Source: Chromera velia (Eukaryota). Taken from it: DNA of 51,215 nt. Within the stretch, counting starts at the first letter, position 1. Every line of letters begins with the position of its first letter. Location: assembly GCA_018398765.1 (NCBI GenBank), contig JAHBMJ010000292.1, positions 1-51,215 on the forward strand, given 5' to 3'. The position numbers were made by a program, and so were the translations under genes. The notes beneath the pieces were generated by a model. That model saw nothing but the letters and a program-made list of their open reading frames with translations. It searched no databases and was not told the origin of the DNA. Below are positions 11,940-26,960 of the stretch, piece after piece.

Positions 11940-12759
11940 GGAACCTTTCGAGATTCCTGGCAGACGGCGTTGAGCCAAAGAGGGGGGAAGGGCATCAATC
12001 GAGAGGTGTTGCGGTATCTCTGTCGATCAGTCAGAAGCGTGAAAACTTTTTGTCTTCTTTTGTTTGTTTTACCGTTCTGTTAACAAGCCGATTTGCTAGC
12101 TGATTTGTTTTCGTTTTTTTTTTTAGCATTTGATTCTACGGGTCTGCCAGCGTTCAGTACATTGAGTGCGACTTTTACTGTGTGGCAGTCTGTATTTCTA
12201 GTGCTACTCATAGTGCGGACCTTTTTTTTAATGGCATATTCCTCCTCTGTCTCTGCAATAAGCGATTTCCTCTTGTATCGGCACGCGTTTCACATGTACC
12301 CACCTTGTTTTTTGTCTGATGTTGTTATCATGTCTTCAGAGAAAGAGAAAGAGAACACCTGGTCCAAAGTTTAAGAGAAAAGAAAGTTAGAAAAACGTCT
12401 TGCTCTTCATTTGTCCTCTATATCTTCTTTAGAGCCTCGCCATTGTGTGACTATTTCTTTTTGCGTTTGCCCTCATCCTTTCCTCCTATCGCTAGCCACT
12501 CCGTCTCTCCTTCTCATCGTTTGGTCTAATTACACTGCGAGAGACCTTCGCTGGTCCCCAGTCTGTTTGACTCAAGCGTTTTCCTCCATTTCCTTTCCCT
12601 TCGTTTCGGACGTTTCCCCTTCATCAGTCAACCTCTTTTGTCACTCGTATTCACAACGCAGCCGTCCATGATAAAAAAAAAAAAGAAAGAAAGAAAGAAA
12701 AGAAGAAAAAGAAATGGGAAAAGAAAGAAAGAATTTTAAAGAAAAAGAAAAGGGATGTA

Positions 12760-13096
12760 TGTTATGAACCACCCTGGTTCATACCTAATGTCTGGCTTGT
12801 GTATGCTTGTGTGCGTTGCGGGTCAGCCTCGTACCTTGCGGTGCAACCAGTGCGCCGCCCCTGCAGTGCCTGTCAGTCGGCCCTGGATGGCATGCGTGCG
12901 GGCCTATCGCATTCATTGGCATGCAGCGACTGATCGATTGATGTGTATCCTCATATCCAAAGAATGTGATCGTTGTTTTTGTCTGGTGATTGTGCTTGGT
13001 ACTGGACTGACATTCCTCCTGACTGATGGAGTCCAACGTACGTGAATCTGTCTGCTAAGCCCACTAGTCGATCATACACCAACATGGTTCTTATCA
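12760..13096 (+). repeat. 3' LTR, preceded by polypurine tract
   Basis: TGTTATGAACC...TGGTTCTTATCA, with AAAGAAAAAGAAAAGGGA just upstream. Confidence 0.92.
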
Positions 13097-13792
13097 AATA
13101 TAACTACATCTCCAGCTAGTATATCTAAGTCAGAGTCCATTCTAGAGTCTATTATTTGCTAGATTATTTGATAACCTGTATATAGTGTATTAGGTACTAA
13201 ATGATGTACGTTGTGATCTACCGATCGAGAACGCTAACTAGGCGAAGAACGCTAAACACCTAGCATGAAGCTATAGGCATGAAGAGACGATGACATATGA
13301 TGATATACATAAACTTATGCATACAACGTTCAACAGAGTGACAGAGTTTGTCAATAATATCTTAATCATCAGCCTTGGTATTAAAGAGAGCACATGAAGA
13401 AAGGAAAAGCCTTGCAAAATGATCAGACATTAATTTCTTTGGATTGACTTTATTAACCTTCGTTTTGAAATTTTCCCTCCGGTCCAAGTCTTATCCATGC
13501 AGTCTTTGCCCAGAATCTTTGCTTTGCTTCCGTAGTTTTAAGAACTTCAAATTATTCCTTATATCTTTTGCAATGAGGCTGTTACGGCAAGCTCCACCGA
13601 AGTTACTAGTTCACCGTATGCACAAATCGCTAGACAAATCGGACTATAACAGGTGAAAAGGCATAGCCGGGTAATCAATAGAACTGGTGTGCAGGAAAAC
13701 ACAGACACAAGGGCCCAACGTCAGGCCATCCACTATGGCGTCACTCAACTGTGCATGAGGTTTTGATGGAAAAAGAATTAATTCTGAAATCA

Positions 13793-14427
13793 TGTCATGA
13801 CGAGGTGGTGATGGCGTTGAAAGCCATTTTAGAGGAAGCGGGGTTATGGTACACGACGGACGCGACCATATGCGACCATCCGGAGAAGGAATTGGGATGA
13901 AGGGCCGCCGGCTAGACTGCTGGGGAGCTGGAAGGACTTAAAGGGGATCTGAGGGTACGGTCGTTGTTCAATGCACAGAAAAATCTAGAGAAGAATGCAA
14001 TCCTTGATGTCAGAGTAGCAGATTGTAATCAGATCAAAGTTGTATTTAAAGCAAATGGTTGAAAATACGTTAGAAAAACATATATATAAGAGTGAGAAGA
14101 TCTAAAAATATTGGAAGGAATGCGTTAAGCAATGGGCAGACTAAGTCTTTACTCCTTTTGTTTGTTTAACAGATGGAGCGTTCGCACCTGGAGCCTTTGT
14201 AGTTTTGAGACATCTTGAGACGAGCGGTGTATAGAATTGCAGAGAGAACGAACACAACAAAATCAAAGGTAAGAGGAGCAAGCAAAGCTCGGATGCAACT
14301 TGCAGTTATCAGAGCATCAGTGTACTACATGAGGGGGAAGAGAAAGCCAAGAGCTCAGATGGAGGAAGCTTCATTCAGCACTGCTGGGGTCACAGCAATT
14401 CAGGTCCCTTACGACGATGGTGACTGA
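13793..14427 (+). mobile_element. 5'-truncated relic of a CRE-type non-LTR retrotransposon (restriction-like endonuclease C-terminal domain)
   Basis: Translates with stops/frameshifts to HDEVVMALKAILEEAG...KGDLRVRSLF...AILDVRVAD...ESEKI*KY...FTPFVCLTDGAFAPGA...ARMQLAVIRASVYYMRGKR. This matches the RHD, D, D-V-x-V, K-x-x-K-Y and F-x-P-x-V motifs of RLE-encoding elements. Confidence 0.75.
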
Positions 14428-14746
14428 GAGTAAACACTAATTGAGTGAAGACTAGACAATAGACTTAGATAATAAAGACTATGCATGTTAAAATTCATTC
14501 CCTCCCCCCCCCCCCCAAAAAAAATAAATTCAGAAATGCAGAATTTAATTTAATTACGCATACATATACATGTAAATCAATTATACATGGAAAAAATAAG
14601 ATTGATTAAGATTAAAAGAAAAGAATTATACGAAAGCTAGGAACAAGGAGGTCTGATGGACATTGTCAGATTCCTCTACGTATGTTAAGCTCGATAAGTG
14701 AAGTTTTAAGTTAAATTCTCACATAATTTTAAAGTTTCTTAGTGCG

Positions 14747-15389
14747 TAACAAGTGGTAGCTAGAGCTTTCTGCTTCTCAGGGACCTTTGAGTGAACAACA
14801 GTCATCCGTCTCTACATGTACTGAAAAATAGACTTCAGCAACTTTGACTTTAAATTTTTAAAACTAGAAAAGACGAAGAAGCTTCAGCTATGCTGTGCAG
14901 TCTACAAGCCGAAAGTGCACCCGAAGGCACGGTGACTTAAGGCGATGATCCTGCTGTCTGGATTCGTAACTTTATGGAATAGATAAGGGGAACGGTTCTG
15001 GATCTCAAATTCTTAATGATGTAACAACCGTCAAATACTTTGCTCGTCATCTCTCTGGAGAGGCTTTGCGTTGGTGGCTCGATCTCAAGGAGACCAGGAG
15101 TATAAAAATGAGAAAGGAACTTGAGGATGCTTTCCTCGAGAGCCAGGCTTCAAAGGAAGTCGAACGTTTGGTGGCATGGAAGGCCATTACACGACCACAC
15201 CCTCATACATGCAGGGAGGAGCTGTTTGCACTCATACTCAAAGTCATGAAGAAGCTTGGACTTCAAGATGTACCGACCTTGAAGGATGCAAAAAGTGTGG
15301 CAATGACCATACGGGACTTCATAATCATAAGAGGCTTCTCAACTTCCAAAGAGAAGTCAGTCTTGCATCCATGCATGTACTTATGCTAA
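14747..15389 (+). mobile_element. Ty3/gypsy-like LTR retrotransposon relic: LTR end, PBS and degenerate gag
   Basis: TAACA-AG-TGGTAGCTAGAGC at 14747-14766. Downstream: GDDPAVWIRNFME*...DVTTVKYFARHLSGEALRWWLDL...ELEDAF, typical of retrotransposon gag capsid (L-x-G-x-A-x-x-W-W). Confidence 0.65.
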
Positions 15390-16200
15390 TGTTGATTGAT
15401 GCACGACCAGCACTCATGATATGGCGATTGTCCCAAGCACTACAGGCATTTGAGCCTAGCTGTACACCAGAGAGAGAGTTATAGTTGAAAAAGACCTTTA
15501 GACGAGATCAGGCTGCTTTGCATGCCGTGCCGTGTCATTAATGAGCAAATATCAAACTTCCTATTGAAAATGTTCGGCTTTACTCTCTTTCAAAGTCGGC
15601 ATCCAATGCGGTATACGTGTTTGTTTGTCCTTCCACTGTTTGGTGCCTGGCCTAGTCACTTATTTATTTGAGATCTCTACATACATCCTTCCTTGTAGTT
15701 CATTCTTGGAGAGCCTTCGAAACAAAGGAAGAAATACCTTGATCTTACTATTAAAATGGACAGTACAACAACTAGGTACAACAACCTCGCGCCAGCCACC
15801 TCCCTCACCGCCTCCCCCGCTACCTTCAACAACAAAGGTGTGCCGAGTAGAGCTTGGTACATAATTGAGTGTTGATCTGTCTAGTGATCTGTTGTCAAAG
15901 TCCCATACACATAAATTAAGTCGATCAATCTCTTTAGAAATACCTTGTTGACTTTATTACCGTCCATCGAGTTTCATGTATGGTCAATCTCTTACCTTAT
16001 TTTACTCATGCATGTTAGGATTTCCTGACAACATACCCCTGTTGCTGAGTTTGGTTATCTTTGTGGTCGTACGGGGACTGGTTAGACTAGCAGTTAGATT
16101 TAATCCACCCTCAGTCATTATGCTGAGATCTATCGTTCGTTCCATTTAGCATACGAGTTGACATATCGTGATCGACTCAAAATTATACTACATTTATGTA

Positions 16201-16441
16201 GGTGACGCACAGTGATAAAAAAAAAGAAAAAAAAAATCTGGAGAAGCCTAATCTTTTTTATTTTTTTTTCTATTATTTTATTGGAAGTGCCAAACATATA
16301 ACAAAAACACATCTTACTATAAAACCTACCTTTGCTAAGTTTGCTTGGACCTTTGACCACTAGACTAAAAAAAAAAAAAAAGAAAAAAAAAATCTCGATA
16401 TGTCTATTCTTTTTTTTTTTTTTTTACCACTGTGCATCGCC
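16201..16441. mobile_element. MITE-like element with terminal inverted repeats, flanked by TA
   Basis: Left TA|GGTGACGCACAGTGATAAAAAAAA; right TTTTTTTTACCACTGTGCATCGCC|TA. The three TIR mismatches are all transitions. Confidence 0.65.
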
Positions 16442-17205
16442 TAGACCTTTATAGTGTTATACTACTATAGGTGTTATAATACACAGTTATATAGGAATAT
16501 GGATTCCAAGCGCTAGATGCCAGTGGACTAATGCATTTAGGATATGGATTGCATGATGCGTTTAAGACTCTATACTAGGCGCTTTCAACGGTTTTCCTAG
16601 CGGCTTTCTTTAGAAACTGCACGTCGGACATTCGCTAGGACATTCGGCAGTTAGATAGGAGACCGATCCTTCAGACATAAATCCTAGTATAAATCCTAAA
16701 TCCCTAGCTAGATCCCTAGTCCTAATCTAGGTCCTAATTCTAATGATCCAACATAGATTATTTGAGTCCCCGGCCACTGCGGCCAGCCTAATTAACTCTT
16801 TCTGGATCGCACTTTCCAAAAGTTAAAAAATTTAATAGAATCTCACTATCACTAAAACTATTTACAGGATTGAGCAAGATGCAAGAATCTAGGTAATTTT
16901 TTTTTGAATTGAGGCAGTTAAAGCCGGTGAGCACACCACTTCTTTTTTCTTTGAGTATACATTCCATGCTAAATTCCAGCTAGAATTCCAGTGAATTATT
17001 CCGCTAAAACCCTCTAAATTAATTTCACAGATCAACCCCATAAATCTGGTCTCCATTAAATATATTCCAGTAGCTAAATTCCTGGGGGATTTCAGCGGGT
17101 TCTGTATAAGGTAAATTAGAGCACAATTTTGCGATTTGTTCTCTTTCAAATTTTCGCCGAGCTTCTGATTAATAGGCGTGGCCACATTGGATCATCAAAA
17201 GTAGA

Positions 17206-17410
17206 CTAACGCGCAACACCTGGCGCAACTGCCACACTCCGGGAAGCCCGTCCCTGTTTCTGCTTCCGCAAGTACCAGAAACACCCTGCAGCCGTGGCCG
17301 CGTACATCTGCAACACATCAATAGACGCAGTTGAATGAGTCGCCGCCATCACTTAAACGGCCTTCTCGTCTTCCGTCCCCCCCCTTCCCCCATCCTCCAA
17401 GCACACACAA

Positions 17411-17484
<74 letters not shown>

Positions 17485-20185
17485 CGAGAGCGAGAGCGAG
17501 ACAGAGAGCATTGAAGAGCAAGGTAGCAACCATAATCAGATCACGTATGCGTACTGAGAAAACTACACACAGACAGAGACGCCGACAGACACAGCCGGAA
17601 ACACAGAATCAGGATGAGAAAGATTAAGTGACAGAAAGGCAGGGGAAGACTGTGCGCCTTCTCATCGTGGTTCCCCACCACCAGATAGAGACAGATAGAA
17701 AGTTCTAGAAAAATAAAAGACGGACAGCTGTTTCATGTTTATGACATTCAAATCCCTCTCATAACTGCTTACGTAATTTTCTCCTATTTCACTCAGTAAC
17801 ACAGACTACATGATTGCTCTTCTTCTTCTTCTTCTTCTTTTCTTTACGCACAGCGAAAGAGACAGACAGGCGGGCGGGCAGGCAAGTGGACGGGCAGATG
17901 AACAGACTTCATGTAGCTAGTTTCTTCTCTTCGGTTTCCTCTCCTTCTCTTACCGCATGGAGCAGACAGACCAGTTCTTGATTCTTTCTCTTATGCGTTT
18001 CAGGCGGACAGGCAAGCAGGCAGGCAAGACAGCTCATTCAGGCCCTTTCCCTCTTTCTTCTTTGCGCGGACAGAGAGACAGACAGAAAGACAGACAGACA
18101 GACAGACGAACGGACGGACCGACGGACAGATTCCCTTCTTCCGTCCTTTCGCTTTCAGTCAGTCAGACAGAGAGGCAAACAGGGGGGCGGACGGAGGGAG
18201 AAACAGGCAGTCCGAATGGTTTCTTTCACAGACAAACGGGAAACCAGAGAGATAGAGAGACACACGTTTCTTTCATTTTCCCTCTCTTCATGTTTTCACG
18301 CACAGAACAGCTTGAGGCGGCACGAACAAGAAAAAAAAAAGAAAGAAGGAACGAAGAAAGGAAGGAAGGAAGGAAGGAACGAAGGAAGGAAGCAACGAAG
18401 GAAGGAAGGAAGGAAAGAAAGAAGCAAACAAAGAAAGAAAGAAGCAAACAAAGAAAGAAAGAAGCAAACAAAGAAAGAAAGAAGCAAACAAAGAAACAAA
18501 GAAGCAAACAAAGAAACAAAGAAGCAAACAAAGAAACAAAGAAGCAAACAAAGAAACAAAGAAGCAAACAAAGAAAGAAAGAAGCAAACAAAGAAAGAAA
18601 GAAGCAAACAAAGAAAGAAAGAAGCAAACAAAGGACGACACCATCACCCAGACAAACTTCGCGAGCGTGCCGAAAAAAATTGAAATTCGGCGCTTCGACC
18701 ACTGTGTCCACACAATGAATGCTTCCTGCCGCTTCCACTCCAAACAAGAGAAAGAAAATGGCATTAATTCCACTGCACTCTGAATGACCCCGTACAGTTG
18801 TGAAGGAAAGCAGACACCGTCAACTGAAGTTTAGACAGAGGGGGGGGGGCGCATTCTTCCTCTGATGTGTTGCCGTGTTTTTACAGAAGGCCTCTCTCTC
18901 TCTCGGTGGAAACGGAACATTCCTTGTCCGATGCCGAAAATCAAGGTGATGGTGCACGGCAGACTGACAGACAGACTGAGGAGACTGACAGATGAAGAGA
19001 GCGACGGAGATGGAGAAAGAAGGAAAGAAAAGCTGGGATAGACTGGCGCAAAGAGAAACATGCCGACAGGACACGTAGACAGATGGGGACGGAAAGATCC
19101 CGACAGGCTGACGGGTACGGGGGCAAACAAAGACATACAGAGGAAGAAACAGACAGCATACTTCCCTTGCGTTTCCTCTTACTTCATTCTGATTGACATA
19201 CGGCCAAACTGATCAAAATTGCGGCCTAGAGAGAGAAACACAGAAAGGCCGACCGTCAGTCGGTCAGCTAAGTCGGCAGGCAGACAGATCGACATGAGAG
19301 GGGGGGTGGCGGGAGGGGAGAGAGACAGGGAGAGAGAGAGAGACTCAGAGAGAGACAGAGAGTTTTGCAGAGGGGGGGGATGGGAGGGACACTGTGACAC
19401 ACAAAGAGAAAAAGTAAGGGGCATCTGAAGGAAGCAAGGGGACGAGTAGTGAGGAACGGAGAGAGAAGCAGATCTGCAGAAAAAACCAGCCAGTGCTGAT
19501 GCTTTCCTCCAGACCCTCTCTTCCTCCAAAAGTAAGTATGCAACAAAACACTCGACGGACTAACCGCGACAGCAATGTAGCAACTGAATCCGGTTGCCAC
19601 TTTATCTGTGCCTGGCGCAACTTCAATCTCCGGTTGGTCCAACACCAGCATGGTCCCCCAGACTCCCTGCAAATAAATACGTACAGCAAACAAAGCGATG
19701 GAGTGCATGCGCCGGAGGGAAAAAAGTTATTGCAGGCAAAAGAGTAGGAAGGGCACGCCGCAGACTGGGACGAAGGGAAGCGTGTTGAAAACAGTCAACC
19801 CGTGAATCAATCGATGGACTCTCGTCCCTTTTCCCCGTGTGCACATCGATTCATTCGATTTGAGTGCGCAGCCGGTTGGACTCGTGGTTTCTTCTCTGAG
19901 TCTCAGTTGCACCTCATGGCCTCGAAGCACACCGTGACTCGCTCACGTGCAGCGCGCAACCCCTCGGAGAGCAGGGCTTACTGAAAGACCACCTGACCTC
20001 TATCGTGTGCCCTGACATATTCGACCTAGACTAGAGGCCTGCAGATTCTCTAATTGAGAGCTCCACTGGTCTCCTGCCGTCACACCGAACAGGATGACTG
20101 TATAAGCCAACCGACTGACCAAAATAATGACGCCGGTTATCGAAAGGAGGCCGCAGCATCCAGCGCACATTGTGTCCAGTCCCAT
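17206..20185 (-). CDS. RNASEK: RNase kappa / V-ATPase subunit f-like small two-TM protein (89 aa). Exons 20185-20120, 19666-19565, 17307-17206
   Basis: Spliced product MGLDTMCAGCCGLLSITGVIIL|GVWGTMLVLDQPEIEVAPGTDKVATGFSCYIAVA|MYAATAAGCFWYLRKQKQ... fits the RNASEK pattern (C-G-x-x-LS-x-x-GVI-x-L ... C-[FY]-IA-x-x-x-Y ... basic tail). Both introns are phase 0 GT-AG. Confidence 0.72.
18421..18630 (+). repeat. 20-bp minisatellite GAAGCAAACAAAGAAA(G/C)AAA, ~10.5 copies, intronic
   Basis: Directly visible periodicity inside the 2.26-kb RNASEK-like intron. Confidence 0.9.
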
Positions 20186-20877
20186 GGTTGACCTTCAATC
20201 ATTCAAAGCCTTGTGAGGGACTTCTTTGAATGCGTCCGATCAACCGAACAGCGGTGTGGCAGACAAAATCAATCTGAGTCTCTCAGTTGCCGGTGTTCGC
20301 CGTCTCCTCAGGAAGCACTCGTCTGTTCAATTCATTCGCAAACAAACGTCATCGGCAGCTGCCATCATGCACCATAGAGAGCATGAAGGTAAACCTCTGA
20401 ATCCAACCTAGTGTAGTGAACCTCTGCACAGTGAGCGCCAAGAACACATCTTGCGGTGTAACGTTTTTTGAATCTTCCTAATTAACTAAGACAAGACAAG
20501 ACCAAATTGACGGACGCACTGAAGCCGTCTCCCTGCAGATATTTGTTAATCTGACGCACGCAAGCGTGCGAACGGCCCCGGAAAGCATGTATAAAAGCCT
20601 TCATCTGACGCACGCACATCAAAGCACGCGCATCGGGGCACTTCAGGAACCGGTCGGCGCTTTTCCAGCCCAAGGGGACATTTCTTTCCGGGGCCTTTTT
20701 TTTGACGAAAGCTCCATGCATCGTGGGCTCAGGGGATTGTTTGGTAAGTGCCCCCCGCTTCGCTTTTCGGGGCTATTTGGCGTATGCACGCTGTGAATAC
20801 CTGACATTCAGATCTGACACACGCTAAAGATCGCTAAAGCACGGCGCCGGTGGAGCCTGAAAGCGACGATCGGACCT

Positions 20878-21115
20878 AATGTTCAGCAATAAATCAACAT
20901 TCAGATGCATTCATGGCAACGTTAAACAATTTTCAGGGCCAATTTTAAGTATGTAGGCCGACAATTAATCGCAACGAATTATAACGAATGTAACCAAATG
21001 CTCAGCAATGAATCAAAATTCAGGTGTATTCTAAGATGAGTCTTAGATGACAATTTTCAGAGTATTTCAATATATTTCGAGATTAACTTCATGCAGGTAA
21101 TAACAAAAATTGAAC
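20878..21115. repeat. Degenerate ~119-bp tandem duplication within an AT-rich block
   Basis: AATGTTCAGCAATAAATCAACATTCAGATGCATTC (20878) vs AATGCTCAGCAATGAATCAAAATTCAGGTGTATTC (20997); both are followed by ACAATTTTCAG. Confidence 0.6.
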
Positions 21116-22026
21116 TGTTCAACTGTACAGTTTTAACTAGTTTTAACATAGTAAAACGTTCTACTAAATTTAAAACGTCTTACTTTTCTCTTTTCGAAAA
21201 CCTGCAGTTAAATGTTTAAATTTTTTTTTTTAAATATCTTTAAATTGTTCCAAACTAAAAATTTGTATAAATTTTTATAAGCATTCAATGCAATGTTGAA
21301 TGCATGGTCCTTCACACTGCTTCATTTTCATTTTTTTCAGTTTAATATTGTAAACTTTAAAATTGATGAATCACTCTAAGGTCATCATCATCAAGGTAAG
21401 AGGGGTATCTTAAATTTTTATGTTAAGTCAATGAAACTCAAAAACATACAAAAACATGTGTACATGCCTCTAAATTCCTGGCTAGTGGCGCTTTCACATT
21501 GACCAAACGTTCGCAGTCACTCTCATTAAACTGAACGCCTTTTGTTCTATTTATCCCTGGAAGAAGCGACATGCAGCTGCAGGAGGCTGCCTTCTTCTGT
21601 CAAAGCTGCACGGAGGCCTGCAGACAGGAGAGGAAGCCATGAAAATCGACGTGGACGTGTCAGCGAACTATGAATCTCCGGTACACACATATGAGCGAAC
21701 GCAAGAGACGCTCCTCCCCCAAAAAAGATATCACTGTTCTGTAATACGGATGAGGAAGAAAAAAAGTCTGAATCGCCATACGCAACCAAGTGACTCTCTC
21801 ACGTCCTCAGCCCATACGTCAGATTCGTTCTCAACAAGAAAGTTGCAGGCACAAAGGAGCAAGGGGACAGATTGTTCGGCCCACAGTGCGGGACATCTCG
21901 AAGGACGGAACGAGGCGTACAAACTACTTGGCTAGCAAAATTGTTCAACATAATCCAGACGTTCAGACATGTGAGATGGATCTCACCTGTATGCGGCTCT
22001 GGTGTCCCCCCCCCAGATCTTCTTCA

Positions 22027-26044
<4,018 letters not shown>

Positions 26045-26960
26045 TCTCGAAAAGTGCGGGTCTAGTCGGTCGGTGATTCGGACGCGGGAACCCAGCTAAA
26101 TAAGGAGGTGTGTTTTTCAGCCACTCACACACGGTCCTAAGGAAAGTGTCCCTCTACCGGAGGAAGAAGAGAAACCAAAAGGGGAGGGCAACTGTGCCAC
26201 ACAATGGAAGTTGAATGCGCCAGAGCAAGTGCTCACGCGTCTCTGGCAACACTGCGACAAGAAATGATAGAATCGAAAAGAGCTTTGCAGCGTATATATG
26301 AATAGATACTGTCCCTGTCTCACTGCAACCGAGTTATGACGAAGCCTCCCTTGCCAGTATACTTAGGTCAATGACATGTCAATGACACCAAGAACTGCGT
26401 CCGTGTCAAGATCGGTCGAGTATGGTCGAATCATGTCGACAACAGATATTTTTTTTGCGGTCTGATCACCCCTGACATCCGCTGACCGCGCGGCCGTCGC
26501 GCGGAAATTGGACTCGGACTATCTGCATGCATGTGCGCGTAGTGCATGCAACAGGGGTGTCAGAATACACTCGATCTAGCTGACACATAGCTGACACTGC
26601 ATGACACTGCCGTCTACCTCCATGCCGTCTCCACATGTGTGCACGTTGAAGAAGGTACATTGGAGGCCATCCGACCATTCATCTGGTAGCCACTTATGGT
26701 GCGACTTTGTCCGTCACACTGTGCCAGACAGGTTGCGGCAATTTGTGTGGTGTAGGTAGTGAGGAGGAATGTATTTGGAGGTCGGTATAAAATTCACATT
26801 GCGTTGCGTCTCTACAGTTGCTCCTCTGACCCTTCAAAGCATCCTCCCTGAACCGTAGTTGGCAGAGGGCCCTTCGTTCACTCTTCAACTTTTCGGGGAC
26901 TGTTCCTGAACTCCCTCTTTGTACAGCTTGCTCAGTTTTCTGTCGCTGGTGATCAAGTCC

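Larger units (their letters stand above)
9875..13096 (+). mobile_element. Complete non-autonomous LTR retrotransposon (3222 bp) lacking recognisable gag/pol
   Basis: Direct repeats 9875-10211 and 12760-13096 (337 bp each, 12 substitutions) with TG...CA ends (5' copy ends TA). 5-bp TSD AATAT at 9870-9874 and 13097-13101. PBS TGGTAGCAG directly after the 5' LTR; purine tract directly before the 3' LTR. Confidence 0.93.

Noticed and set aside
18421..18630. Regular repeat array as a possible CRISPR
   Set aside because: Contiguous tandem units with no unique spacers, in a eukaryotic intron with no cas genes.
17957..18773. Long K/E/R-rich and F/L/C-rich ORFs on both strands
   Set aside because: They are translations of the 20-bp minisatellite and (GAAG)n inside an intron.
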